54,142 nucleotides of DNA from Alphaproteobacteria bacterium UBA3002 (GTDB lineage Bacteria > Pseudomonadota > Alphaproteobacteria > Rickettsiales > UBA3002), in assembly GCA_002346425.1 (NCBI GenBank), contig DDZS01000063.1, positions 1-54,142 of the forward strand, read 5' to 3'. Shown here piece after piece: positions 9,187 to 19,156 of this stretch (positions are counted from its first letter, which is position 1; each line of letters starts with the position of its first letter). The position numbers were made by a program, and so were the translations under genes. A model generated the notes under the pieces. The model was given only the letters and a program-made list of their open reading frames with translations. It was not told the DNA's origin and did not search any database.

Positions 9187-11085
9187 GTGGAATGCAGCAC
9201 GACATCGTCAATCGTCTGGCTAAAGCGCGCCGGAAGCGTGGCGGCATTAAGTCTCTGGCTGCTGGGCTGCGCATCTGAAGGCGGCGTTTTTGACCCCGAT
9301 ATGTATGATAAGATCGACAAGGGAATGGACCTGTCGCGGGATGATTATCGTAATATAAGCCTGCCAAAAGGCAAAACCAAAGACGACATGGAGCTGCAGG
9401 CGCAGATTGTGAAAGCGCCGCCGCCCATTCCGAAAGTCTCTCAGATTTTGGCGAAGCCGAAGCCCCCGCGCGTTGGGCAAACGAAGTTGGTCTCCTTAAC
9501 GGTTACCGATGATGTGCCATTAAAAGATGTGTTGATTGAATTGGCGCGTTTGGCCGATGTCGATATCGAAATTGGGCCAGATGTACAAGGCGGCATCAAT
9601 TTCCGCGCCAAAGACAAGCCCTTTGCCGAAGTGATCGAGCGTGTGGCCGATCTGGCGAGCCTGCGCTATTCGATGAAGCGCGGTGTATTGCGTGTGGAGC
9701 GCGATCTGCCGTATTTGAAAAACTATTCTATCGATTTCCTGAATATCGTGCGTGATAGCTCCAGCGATATTAGTCTCTCAACCGATGGCGGTGGCGGAGG
9801 CGGCAGCAGTAGCGGCGGTGGCGATAGCGGCGGCGGCGGCGGTGGCGGCGGCAGCAGTGGGGGCAGTAGTGGCAGCGGTGGCGGCGGCGGTCTCACCACG
9901 GGCACTACCACGTCCATTACGTCGGAATCGGCCAGTGATTTCTGGGCCGCGCTTGAAAGCAGCATGGCAGAAATTCTGAATTATCAGCCAACACCAGAAT
10001 TGCGCGCGTTAGCAGAAGAATTGAGCGAGCGGGCGGCGCAAACAGAAAACGCGGCGACTGCGGCAGCAGCGGAAACTGTGACCAATGCGGCAAGCGGTAA
10101 TTTGGCGGTGCGGGGTCGTAATGGGGCGTTTTTTGTGATCAACCGCCAGGCAGGCATACTGACAGTTTCTGCTTCGCAGCGTCAGCATGAAGAAGTGAAT
10201 TCATATCTCGAGCTGTTAGAACGAAACGCCTCGGCGCAGGTATTGATTGAAGCGAAAATCGTAGAAGTCGAGCTGGATGACCGCTATCAGAGCGGGATTG
10301 ATTGGGCCGCAGCCGTCGGCAATACGAATTTTGACCTGAGTTTCCCCAATCCTGCCACGAATAGCGCGTTGATCTCAGTCGATCCGGATGACAATAATCT
10401 CGGGATCAATCTGGATGCCGTGGTGCAATTCGTTGAACAGTTTGGTACCTCGCGTATTCTCTCCAATCCGCGCTTGCATGCGATTAATAACCAGCAAGCG
10501 GTGCTCACATTTGCCGAAAACCGCGTATTCTTTGACCTGACCATTGATCAGGAAGACGCGACGTCGGTTGATGGAAACTTCATTCCCGGTTCAGTCGGTT
10601 TATCGGCAGAGCGGTATACCGTGCCGATTGGCCTGATTCTGAATATCCTGCCATCGATTAATATGGATACCAGCGAAGTGACCTTGAATGTGCGTCCAAC
10701 TATTTCTCGCCAGATCGATACGGTCAGCGATCCGGTTGCTCAATTGGCGCAAGCGGCAATCGCTGCGGGCCAAACCATCAATGCCGATGTGCCGGTGATC
10801 GAAATTCGCGAGCTGGATTCGGTGATGAAGTTGAAATCGGGTAGTGTCATGGTAATCGGCGGTCTGATGGAAGACACCAACCGCTCCGATGAAACAGGCG
10901 TACCACTAGTGAGCGATATTCCGTGGATAGGCAATGCGTTTAAAAGCCGGACTAAGCTGAATAACAAAACCGAATTAATCATCTTTATCAAAGCAACCAT
11001 TGTGGGCTCAAACGGCGGCTATCATCAAACGGACCGCAACGTCTACGAGAAATACTCGGACGATCCACGGCCCTTATCTTTCTAA
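9187..11085 (+). CDS. Lipoprotein secretin, MshL/GspD-like
   Basis: Lipobox LLGC; N-domain DVPLKDVLIELARL; Gly/Ser-rich segment; secretin core QVLIEAKIVEV..GIDW, ILSNPRL..INNQ, IPWIGNAFK, KTELIIFIK. Confidence 0.88.
   Translation: MECSTTSSIVWLKRAGSVAALSLWLLGCASEGGVFDPDMYDKIDKGMDLSRDDYRNISLPKGKTKDDMELQAQIVKAPPPIPKVSQILAKPKPPRVGQTKLVSLTVTDDVPLKDVLIELARLADVDIEIGPDVQGGINFRAKDKPFAEVIERVADLASLRYSMKRGVLRVERDLPYLKNYSIDFLNIVRDSSSDISLSTDGGGGGGSSSGGGDSGGGGGGGGSSGGSSGSGGGGGLTTGTTTSITSESASDFWAALESSMAEILNYQPTPELRALAEELSERAAQTENAATAAAAETVTNAASGNLAVRGRNGAFFVINRQAGILTVSASQRQHEEVNSYLELLERNASAQVLIEAKIVEVELDDRYQSGIDWAAAVGNTNFDLSFPNPATNSALISVDPDDNNLGINLDAVVQFVEQFGTSRILSNPRLHAINNQQAVLTFAENRVFFDLTIDQEDATSVDGNFIPGSVGLSAERYTVPIGLILNILPSINMDTSEVTLNVRPTISRQIDTVSDPVAQLAQAAIAAGQTINADVPVIEIRELDSVMKLKSGSVMVIGGLMEDTNRSDETGVPLVSDIPWIGNAFKSRTKLNNKTELIIFIKATIVGSNGGYHQTDRNVYEKYSDDPRPLSF
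9787..9891 (+). repeat. In-frame GGC/AGC-rich low-complexity tract encoding a 35-aa Gly/Ser segment
   Basis: GGGGGGSSSGGGDSGGGGGGGGSSGGSSGSGGGGG read directly. Confidence 0.9.
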
Positions 11086-11103
11086 AGCGTCAGGGAGACC
11101 ATT

Positions 11104-11868
11104 ATGTGGACGAATATTCGTTACATCCTCATCACTGCAGTACGTGACAAGCTGTTTGTCGGGCTATTGATTGGCTTAATCGCAGCGGCTGGCATTGCGG
11201 CGTCCATGGGCAATACCGCGATGCTTGAACCAGAGCAAATGACACTCACCTTTGCGGCTGGCGGCATGCGCATGATTCTCGCGGTCGGTGTGATCGTATT
11301 CGTGTGCTTTCACATTCGCCACGCCTTTGAGAGCAAAGAAATTGACGTGCTGCTCTCGCGCCCGATTTCACGTAGCCATGTGATTCTCTCCTATTGGCTG
11401 GGCTTCGCGCTCATCACGTCCTTGCTGGTAATTCCAGTGCTGATTATTTTATATGCACTCGGCCTGATCGACATCACAGGTTATTGGTATTGGTCACTGA
11501 GTTTACTGCTGGAATTGTGGCTGGTGGTCTCAATCTCTTTATTTGCGGCATTTACGCTTCCCAGTGCGGTTGCAGCGGTATTGGCAAGTCTCGGCTTTTA
11601 CGTCTTGTCGCGCATGATGGGCTTTTTCATCTCGACCGCCGAACACGGCATTTTATTCGAAGACCCCACCGTCAATATGATTTTGAAGAATGTCATTCTC
11701 TTCATCTCAATCGTTATTCCGCGGCTCGATTTTTTTGGCAAAAGCACCTGGTTGGTCTATGAAACCGATTACACCGAATATGTGCAGTTGTTCGCGACCC
11801 AAGCGCTGGTCTTCATTCCCTTCTTACTGGTGCTGACCATCATCGACTTCAAACGTAAGGAATTTTAA
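11104..11868 (+). CDS. ABC-2-type permease-like membrane protein (PilI/XapB-like)
   Basis: About six hydrophobic segments; E..VLLSRPISRS.VILSYWLG motif; IPRLDFF. Confidence 0.7.
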   Translation: MWTNIRYILITAVRDKLFVGLLIGLIAAAGIAASMGNTAMLEPEQMTLTFAAGGMRMILAVGVIVFVCFHIRHAFESKEIDVLLSRPISRSHVILSYWLGFALITSLLVIPVLIILYALGLIDITGYWYWSLSLLLELWLVVSISLFAAFTLPSAVAAVLASLGFYVLSRMMGFFISTAEHGILFEDPTVNMILKNVILFISIVIPRLDFFGKSTWLVYETDYTEYVQLFATQALVFIPFLLVLTIIDFKRKEF

Positions 11869-11872
11869 GCCG

Positions 11873-12595
11873 ATGCGTGTGCCGATTCTATTGGCGATTA
11901 TTTTTTTAGGGCTGCAAACCGCATTCTGGTATCAGACCTATTTAATCCTGCCGAAAATGGAGATTGTACCCAACGTGCCGGGTGAAGAAACCGTTGAAGC
12001 AATTTCACTGGGGGATAAAGAGTTTTTCTTCCGCTATCTAGGCCTGCAATTACAAAATGCCGGCGATACCTATGGACGTTTCACGGCTTTGTATAAATAT
12101 GATTTTAATAAGCTGTACCATTGGTTCCGGCTGCTCGACAAATTGAACCCGACGTCCAATTATATTCCTTCCATGGCGACCTATTATTTTGCGCAAACAC
12201 AGAATAAACCCGATGTCCGCTATGTCGTCGATTATCTGGCAGAGCATGCGAGTGCACGTCCGGAAGAAAAATGGTGGTGGCTGGTCCAAGCCGCCTATCT
12301 GGCTAACCATAAACTGGAAAATAAAGAACTGGCTTTGCGCATTGCACAGCCTTTGGCCGATACACAAGGCATTCCCCTATGGGCACGGCAAACGCCCGCC
12401 TTTTTATATGAACAAAAAGGCGAATTTGATGCCGCGCTCGATATCATCGATAATATTCTGGCCGATACGGATGATATCAAACAGGGAGAATTGAATTTCA
12501 TGCGTTACTTCGTTGAGGAACGTCTGGATCGCTTAGAAAAGGTCAAACATCACCGGGAACGGTTAGAAAAACGGCCAGTCCCTCTGGAGGAATAA
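11873..12595 (+). CDS. Membrane-anchored helical/TPR-like protein (PilG/XapA-like)
   Basis: N-terminal TM; LSLG..., LY.WF..LD.LNP, W.LV.AAYL, P.WAR..PA.L pattern; co-oriented after the permease. Confidence 0.5.
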   Translation: MRVPILLAIIFLGLQTAFWYQTYLILPKMEIVPNVPGEETVEAISLGDKEFFFRYLGLQLQNAGDTYGRFTALYKYDFNKLYHWFRLLDKLNPTSNYIPSMATYYFAQTQNKPDVRYVVDYLAEHASARPEEKWWWLVQAAYLANHKLENKELALRIAQPLADTQGIPLWARQTPAFLYEQKGEFDAALDIIDNILADTDDIKQGELNFMRYFVEERLDRLEKVKHHRERLEKRPVPLEE

Positions 12596-12603
12596 GCCCG
12601 ATC

Positions 12604-13650
12604 ATGGGCGATACCATTCTTACCCTGCTGCAGGCGCTGCAATTAGCCGCGTTATTACCCTGCCTCTTTCTGATCGGCTTATTGGTGCTGCTAACGCGCC
12701 CGCTTAGCCATGCCATTGTGCCCGTCGCCTTTTTCATCGTGTTAGGCACCAGTTTCCTGCCCGGCTTACTTATTGATACCGGAAGCGCATCGGTAGCGGA
12801 AATGGTGCTTCTATGGATCACTTCCTTATTGCCTGCATTTACTTTTTTATTGATTGTGCAGCTTTGGCGGGGCGGGGTGCCGCATTGGAGTTACTGGCTG
12901 ATTCTGGCGCTACCGATTATTGGGGGTTCTTCAACGGTCTATGCCACTTTCGCGATTGATGAAGTCTGCATGGCGGATACATGTTTGCAGGCAGAAAATT
13001 TTCGTGTGCTTTACCAACTCTTCGCATCCAGCGCGATCTTCCTATTATTGATGGCGCATATTTCCCACGTTCCCGCGTCCGGGGTAAAACATCGCTATGC
13101 CAGCCATCGCTATTGGGTGATTATCGCGCTGATCTTGTTCGGGGTATTATTGATTGCCAACGATTTTTTCATTTTAAAGGAAAGTATCACGGCTAAACAG
13201 CACGATATTATCGCGCTGGTGCTGCGCATCGCATTCATCTATCTCGTCACGACATCGCTGTTTCGTTTGTTCGATACCAAGCCCGCCAAACCACCGCGCG
13301 AAACCGAATATGATCAGGACGTCATCCAGGCATTAGACACCGCCATGCGTGAACAGCACATCTATCGCGAAATGGGATTAAGTCGCGATAGTCTGGCTGC
13401 GAAACTCGACGTATCAGACAAGCGATTGTCCGTGATTATCAATCAGGTCTTTCAGAAAAATTTTAATGAATATGTGAATCAGTTTCGTGTTGAGGAAGCC
13501 AAAAAGCGTTTAGCCGATGAAGATACGGCGATTACGATTATCGCCTTCGAAGTCGGGTTTAGCAGCATTGCCTCGTTTAACCGGGTCTTCAAATCTTTGA
13601 CTGGAATGTCTCCGAGCGCGTATCGCAGCGCCCAGACTCCCCCATTATAA
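12604..13650 (+). CDS. AraC family regulator with multi-TM N-terminal domain
   Basis: C-terminal NFNEYVNQFRVEEAK and IAFEVGFSSIASFNRVFK..TGMSPSAYR; hydrophobic N-terminal 220 aa. Confidence 0.9.
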   Translation: MGDTILTLLQALQLAALLPCLFLIGLLVLLTRPLSHAIVPVAFFIVLGTSFLPGLLIDTGSASVAEMVLLWITSLLPAFTFLLIVQLWRGGVPHWSYWLILALPIIGGSSTVYATFAIDEVCMADTCLQAENFRVLYQLFASSAIFLLLMAHISHVPASGVKHRYASHRYWVIIALILFGVLLIANDFFILKESITAKQHDIIALVLRIAFIYLVTTSLFRLFDTKPAKPPRETEYDQDVIQALDTAMREQHIYREMGLSRDSLAAKLDVSDKRLSVIINQVFQKNFNEYVNQFRVEEAKKRLADEDTAITIIAFEVGFSSIASFNRVFKSLTGMSPSAYRSAQTPPL

Positions 13651-13652
13651 AT

Positions 13653-14477
13653 TTAATCGGCTTTCGGCGTGTAACATTCCGCAGGGCCGGGAAATTGCCG
13701 TTCACGCACTGCAGTGGCATAGGCGGCTGCGGCCTCGCTGACGGCGTTTCGCAGATTGGCGAATTCGCGCACGAATCGTGGCGTCGTTTCATGCAAGCCC
13801 AGCATATCTTCGCTGACCAGCACTTGCCCATCACAGGCGGGGGAAGCCCCGATACCAATGGTTGGAATATGTACCGCTTCGGTGATGCGTTTGGCGACAG
13901 GTTCGGAAGTGCCTTCAAGCAATAAGGCGAACGCGCCGGCATCTTCAAATGCATGGGCTTCGGCAAGCAATCCTTCCGCTTCCGATTCAGTGCGCCCCTG
14001 GTATCGATAGCCACCGGCGGTGAGCAAATGTTGCGGCTTCAATCCGGTATGCGCCATAACGGGGATTCCGCGTTCGGTTAGAAATGCGACGGTCTCGACT
14101 AGCTCCATTCCCGCTTCCATTTTAACGGCGTGCGCGCCACTACGCTGCAACAGCTTCGCAGCATGGCGGAACGCCTGCTCCTTGCTCTCTTGATACGCGC
14201 CAAAAGGCATGTCGACAACGACCAGCGCGTGTTTAGTCGTGTTCACCACCGCGGTCGCATGGGCGATCATGGTGTTAAGCGACACATCAAGCGTTGATTC
14301 GCGGCCATACAGCACCATGCCAAGGGAATCGCCGACGATAAATAGATCAATATGCGGGTCAAACAACGCGGCAAAAGGGGCGCCGTAAGCGGTCAGCGAA
14401 ACGATCGGTACTTTGCCTTTGCGTGCTTTAATATCGCGTACACTCAAACGGCGTGCGGGCGCATTATGCTTCGACAT
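13653..14477 (-). CDS. panB: 3-methyl-2-oxobutanoate hydroxymethyltransferase
   Basis: LTAY, VGDSLGM, VVDMPF, TIGIGA..CDGQVLV; start moved to ATG 14477. Confidence 0.96.
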   Translation of the reverse strand: MSKHNAPARRLSVRDIKARKGKVPIVSLTAYGAPFAALFDPHIDLFIVGDSLGMVLYGRESTLDVSLNTMIAHATAVVNTTKHALVVVDMPFGAYQESKEQAFRHAAKLLQRSGAHAVKMEAGMELVETVAFLTERGIPVMAHTGLKPQHLLTAGGYRYQGRTESEAEGLLAEAHAFEDAGAFALLLEGTSEPVAKRITEAVHIPTIGIGASPACDGQVLVSEDMLGLHETTPRFVREFANLRNAVSEAAAAYATAVRERQFPGPAECYTPKAD

Positions 14478-15972
14478 CGGCTTCCTCGTCCGTATCGGTT
14501 TCTTTCGGTGGCCAGACTTGAGTATGTTCAGGCGGCAGAACGATGGTGATACGGGTACCCACATTGACTTCGCTGGCCATGGTGAAACTGCCACCCATAA
14601 TCTCAATGAATTTTTTCGATAGCGGCAGCCCAAGGCCAGTGCCTTCGTATTTGCGGGACAATTTGCTGTCTACCTGTCCAAATGGCGCCATCACTTTGGC
14701 AATGTCCTTCGGCGCGATACCGATACCCGTATCGGTGACCTCGATATGCACGGTTTTATCGGTAATTTTTTGCCACATGCTGACGCGTACTTCACCACCG
14801 GCAGGGGTGAATTTCACCGCGTTTGATAGCAGATTCAGTAATACTTGCTTGAGTTTCTTACCATCGGTAATGCATTCGATGGGTTCACCCGGCAAGTCTT
14901 GATTCAAGGTAATCTGAGCTTCTTCGGCACGTGGAATCATCAGGCGCATGCTATTGACGATCAATTTGGAGATGTCGACGGTATTCAAATCCAGTTCCAG
15001 TTTACCGGCTTCTGCTTTCGAGAAATCGAGAATATCGTTGATCAGCGTCAGCAGATGCGAGCCCGACGAATGGATGTCGTTAATATAGCCCTGATATTCC
15101 TGCGGCAGGTTTTGCATCGCTTCTGCGCGGATAATGTCCGAAAAGCCAATAATCGCGTTCAACGGCGTGCGCAATTCATGGCTGATATTAGCCAGAAAGT
15201 CGGACTTGTCTTTGCTTTTACTTTCTGCCGCCGTAGCCATTTCCACAAGTTCTTCGTTATTTTCATGTTGCTTGCTGATAATCGCTTCTGCGCGGCGTGC
15301 GACAAAATACAGGATAGCAATTAAGGTTAGGAAAATACCCAAAATACTGCCCATTACCAGATATTGCATGAACTTCATGTTCTGTAATGGCTCGGAGATA
15401 TCGGTTACCAGCTCCATCGACCCAAGGCTGGGATAACAATAGGACATCATCGTATCCCCGCCGGTTTGACAATCCGGGGCCGTGGGGCGGTAATTCGGAT
15501 TTTCAAAGCGGATGATGCTTTCGTAGACGGTCGAGGTATTCAGATTGGTCACGCCTATGCGTGCCTCGTCGATCTGGCGATGAAACAGCGCCTGTTCACC
15601 CGCTTCCTGAGCGCCGGAAAGCATAATATCCCGCTCCGAACTGTCGCGAATTTCATCGGTCACGCTTTTGGTAATCAGGTTACCGCGGTGATCGATGATT
15701 GCGACGCGGTCGACGGGCAAATCTTGGAAATAGAGCATCGCCTGATCGCGGAAGGTCAACATTGCCGTAATTCGGTTGCTCGCCCGGCTATCGGGATAAT
15801 AAGGTAGCCAGACATATTGCATGAATTTTTGCGCGAGCACTTCATGCTTCCGGGCGGTACTTTCAATAAGCGTATCGTACGCACGCTGTTGAATCATGCC
15901 GCCGACAAACATGGCGAGGCCAACGCACATTACAATGCTGATTCCATAAAAATAGCGCAAAAACCAGAACAT
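14464..15972 (-). CDS. Two-TM sensor histidine kinase, PleC/DivJ-like catalytic core
   Basis: FLANISHELRTPLNAIIGFS, NLLSNAVKFT, DTGIGI, YEGTGLGLPL. Confidence 0.9.
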   Translation of the reverse strand: MFWFLRYFYGISIVMCVGLAMFVGGMIQQRAYDTLIESTARKHEVLAQKFMQYVWLPYYPDSRASNRITAMLTFRDQAMLYFQDLPVDRVAIIDHRGNLITKSVTDEIRDSSERDIMLSGAQEAGEQALFHRQIDEARIGVTNLNTSTVYESIIRFENPNYRPTAPDCQTGGDTMMSYCYPSLGSMELVTDISEPLQNMKFMQYLVMGSILGIFLTLIAILYFVARRAEAIISKQHENNEELVEMATAAESKSKDKSDFLANISHELRTPLNAIIGFSDIIRAEAMQNLPQEYQGYINDIHSSGSHLLTLINDILDFSKAEAGKLELDLNTVDISKLIVNSMRLMIPRAEEAQITLNQDLPGEPIECITDGKKLKQVLLNLLSNAVKFTPAGGEVRVSMWQKITDKTVHIEVTDTGIGIAPKDIAKVMAPFGQVDSKLSRKYEGTGLGLPLSKKFIEIMGGSFTMASEVNVGTRITIVLPPEHTQVWPPKETDTDEEADVEA

Positions 15973-16058
15973 GCCTTGGTCATAAGATAGCAGGCGAGGA
16001 AAATCCAGTCATTCCTGATTTTACCAGCACCAGTGGCACTTTTTATCACAACCAAGGC

Positions 16059-16087
16059 TTGACGTGCGGGATTTTACCCGCTATCAG
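16059..16087 (+). promoter_or_regulatory. Putative sigma70 promoter of the rpmH operon
   Basis: TTGACG-N17-TATCAG; the spacer contains GCGGG/CCCGC dyad. Confidence 0.6.
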
Positions 16088-16112
16088 GCTGTTTTTGATT
16101 GGAGACTAAGCA

Positions 16113-16247
16113 ATGAAACGCACTTTTCAGCCGAGCAACCTGGTTCGTAAACGCCGCCATGGCTTTCGTGCGCGTATGGCAACGGTCGGTGGTCGTAAAG
16201 TTCTGGCCGCTCGTCGTTCCCGCGGCCGCAAGCGCCTGAGCGCGTAA
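16113..16247 (+). CDS. rpmH: 50S ribosomal protein L34 (not in ORF track)
   Basis: Translates to [44 protein letters not shown]; GGAG SD. Confidence 0.98.
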   Translation: MKRTFQPSNLVRKRRHGFRARMATVGGRKVLAARRSRGRKRLSA

Positions 16248-16266
16248 TTCTTTAGACAATAGACGC

Positions 16267-16608
16267 GTGACGCAGCTTATGCGCTTGCGCAAACGCGCCG
16301 ATTTTCTGCGCTGCGCGGCCGTTGGTCGTAAATCCGTCACCCATGCCTTTATCCTGCAAAGCCTGCCCGGCTACGATCCAGAGGCATCGGCGATATGGCT
16401 GGGCTTTACAGCCACGAAAAAAACGGGCAATGCAGTGATTCGTAATCGCCTGAAACGCCGCCTGCGCGCCTTAGCGCGTGAGGTGATTCCTTCCGATGGG
16501 ATTGCCGGAACCGCTTACGTTTTGATCGCGCGTAAAAATTGCGTGCATTATCCCTATGATCGCCTTAAACAAGACCTCCATGACGCACTTCGCCACTTGT
16601 CTCGCTAA
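16267..16608 (+). CDS. rnpA: Ribonuclease P protein component
   Basis: [30 protein letters not shown]. Confidence 0.96.
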   Translation: MTQLMRLRKRADFLRCAAVGRKSVTHAFILQSLPGYDPEASAIWLGFTATKKTGNAVIRNRLKRRLRALAREVIPSDGIAGTAYVLIARKNCVHYPYDRLKQDLHDALRHLSR

Positions 16609-16825
16609 GCTTCTGCTGGTACCGGTGCGGCTATATCAATGGGTAATTTCCCCACTGCTGCCGGTAAGTTGCCGGTTCGCGCCCAGCTGTTCGCATTACA
16701 TGATCGAAGCAGTCACACGGCACGGGCCATGGCGCGGCACATGGCTGGGGCTAAAGCGCATCGGGCGCTGCCATCCGCTTGGCGGAAGCGGCTATGACCC
16801 GGTGCCACTGAAAGAGGAACGCTGA
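16580..16825 (+). CDS. yidD: Membrane protein insertion efficiency factor
   Basis: [37 protein letters not shown]. Confidence 0.95.
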   Translation: MTHFATCLAKLLLVPVRLYQWVISPLLPVSCRFAPSCSHYMIEAVTRHGPWRGTWLGLKRIGRCHPLGGSGYDPVPLKEER

Positions 16826-18537
16826 TGCAACATGATTCATCCGAAGGCCGCAATCTGATTCTGGCCATTATTCTGTCGATGCTGGTCATCTTTGCCTGGC
16901 AATATTTCTTTGCGCCGCCCCCGCCGACAGAGGAGATGGTGAAGCAAGAAGGCAGCGATGCCGGGATGGAACCAGCCATTCCCGATGATCAGGCTCGCGT
17001 GGTGGAAGTGCAGGACCGCGAGACGCTGCTCGCCCAATCGCAGCGGCTGCCGATTACTAGCGATACGGTCACTGGATCGTTGCAAGCGCAAAGCCTGCGC
17101 TTCGATGATCTGCAATTACCGCGCTATCATCTGACGGTGAATCCCGACAGTCCTCCGGTCACCCTGTTATCACCTGCCAAAGGCGAAAACAGTTATTTCG
17201 CGGAATTTGGCTGGCTAGCGACCGATAGCAGCATTCGCGTCCCAGACAGTGCTACACAATGGCAGAATGAAGGCGAGGCCCTCACCCCGGAGCAATCGAT
17301 TACGGCGAATTGGGAAAATGGGCAAGGGCTGCAATTTACCCGTAAAGTGGCGATTGAAGGCGAATATCTGTTTAATATCGAACAACGCGTAACCAACAAT
17401 AGCGACACGCCGGTAACGCTTTATCCATATGGACGGGTCAACCGGACCTTTGCCGATGATAAAAAACATTTCTTCATTTTGCACGAAGGGCCGCTTGGGG
17501 TCTTTAATGACCGTTTGAGCGAACTGACCTATGAAGATTTGCGCGACGAACCCAACCAAAGCTATAAAACCCAGCGCGGCTGGGTTGGCATTACCGATAA
17601 ATACTGGCTAACCGCTTTGATTCCCGATGCGGATACTCCTTTCACCGCACGCATGAAATTCAGCGAAGTGCGTGGGCGCGGAACGTATCAGACAGATTAT
17701 ACTGGCAATGGCGTCACAGTAGCGCCCGGAGAAACCATTACCCTAAACCACCGCTTGTTTGCAGGCGCAAAAAAAGTAGCGCTGTTAGAACACTATGCTG
17801 ATGATTTGGGGATTCCGCTATTTGATCGCGCGGTCGATTTCGGCGCGCTGTATTTCCTGACCAAGCCCATTTTTCACGCGCTGGACTTCTTTAATAGCTG
17901 GTTAGGCAGTTTCGGATTAGCGATTTTGTTGCTGACGGTTTGTATCAAGCTGATCATGTTCCCGCTGGCGAATAAGTCTTACAAGGCGATGAGCCAGATG
18001 AAGCTGCTGATGCCAAAAATTCAGGAGCTGCGCGAGCAATATGGCGATGACAAAATGAAACTGAATCAGGAAGTCATGGCGCTATATAAACGCGAAAAGG
18101 TCAATCCGGCATCTGGCTGCGTGCCGATTCTGATTCAGATTCCGGTGTTTTTTGCCCTGTATAAGGTGCTTTTCATCACGATCGAGATGCGTCATGCGCC
18201 CTTTTACGGCTGGATTGAGGATTTATCAGCCCCAGACCCCACGACCTTATTCAATTTCTTCGGATTATTCCCATGGGATGTGCCGGCCTTTTTGATGATC
18301 GGGGCGTGGCCGCTGATCATGTGTGTGACTATGGTCATTCAGCAGCGCTTAAACCCGCCGCCTTCCGATCCGGCACAAGCTATGGTGATGAAATTCCTGC
18401 CCTTCGTGTTCCTCTTCCTGTTTGCTACCTTCCCGGCGGGACTGGTGATTTACTGGGCGTGGAACAACACGCTGTCGATTATTCAGCAATGGCTCATCAT
18501 GCAGCGGTATAAGCGCACGCATCACGTGGCAAAGTAA
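16825..18537 (+). CDS. yidC: Membrane protein insertase YidC
   Basis: GWVGITDKYW, AVDFG, GCVPILIQIPVFFALYK, FPAGLVIYW.WNN. Confidence 0.97.
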   Translation: MQHDSSEGRNLILAIILSMLVIFAWQYFFAPPPPTEEMVKQEGSDAGMEPAIPDDQARVVEVQDRETLLAQSQRLPITSDTVTGSLQAQSLRFDDLQLPRYHLTVNPDSPPVTLLSPAKGENSYFAEFGWLATDSSIRVPDSATQWQNEGEALTPEQSITANWENGQGLQFTRKVAIEGEYLFNIEQRVTNNSDTPVTLYPYGRVNRTFADDKKHFFILHEGPLGVFNDRLSELTYEDLRDEPNQSYKTQRGWVGITDKYWLTALIPDADTPFTARMKFSEVRGRGTYQTDYTGNGVTVAPGETITLNHRLFAGAKKVALLEHYADDLGIPLFDRAVDFGALYFLTKPIFHALDFFNSWLGSFGLAILLLTVCIKLIMFPLANKSYKAMSQMKLLMPKIQELREQYGDDKMKLNQEVMALYKREKVNPASGCVPILIQIPVFFALYKVLFITIEMRHAPFYGWIEDLSAPDPTTLFNFFGLFPWDVPAFLMIGAWPLIMCVTMVIQQRLNPPPSDPAQAMVMKFLPFVFLFLFATFPAGLVIYWAWNNTLSIIQQWLIMQRYKRTHHVAK

Positions 18538-18538
18538 T

Positions 18539-19147
18539 ATGGGGAAAGCCGCAACGCATCTGTTTCGGCAGGAATGTCGCTTTGTAGCGGGTGCGGCGGT
18601 GCCGGAGCGGTTGCCGCCACCGACTCTGCCCGAGGTGGCCTTCATCGGCCGCTCGAATGTCGGCAAGTCTTCGCTGATCAATACGTTGGTGAATCGTAAG
18701 GATTTAGCGCGTACCTCCAAAACCCCAGGGCGCACACAACAGCTCAATTTCTTCAATCTGGGTGAGCAGCTTATGCTGGTGGATCTGCCCGGGTATGGCT
18801 ATGCCAAAGCCTCGAAAACTGCCGTCGCGGAATGGAATCGGCTGATCAGCTATTATCTGCGGCAGCGTGCAATATTAAAACGCGTCTGCGTGCTGGTCGA
18901 TAGCCGACATGGCTTGAAAGACAGCGATCGCGAGATGATGCAGATGCTGGATGTGCATGCGGTTTCTTATCAGATTGTGCTGACAAAAATCGATAAACAG
19001 AAGCAATTGGCCACGATTATTGAAGGCGTCGAAGCGGTGCGCATGGAGCATCCGGCAATGGTTCCAGACCTCCTGGCCTGCAGCTCGGTAAACGGAAAAG
19101 GGATTGAAGAAGCGCGCGAAGCACTGTATGCCCTGACCCAAGCTTAA
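18539..19147 (+). CDS. engB: Ribosome biogenesis GTPase EngB/YihA/YsxC
   Basis: GRSNVGKSSL, SKTPGRT, DLPGYG, TKID. Confidence 0.96.
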   Translation: MGKAATHLFRQECRFVAGAAVPERLPPPTLPEVAFIGRSNVGKSSLINTLVNRKDLARTSKTPGRTQQLNFFNLGEQLMLVDLPGYGYAKASKTAVAEWNRLISYYLRQRAILKRVCVLVDSRHGLKDSDREMMQMLDVHAVSYQIVLTKIDKQKQLATIIEGVEAVRMEHPAMVPDLLACSSVNGKGIEEAREALYALTQA

Positions 19148-19156
19148 GGAAATGCC

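Noticed and set aside
16034-16050. TGGCAC as a sigma54 -24 element upstream of rpmH
   Set aside because: No TTGC at the -12 position, and a good sigma70 promoter lies just downstream
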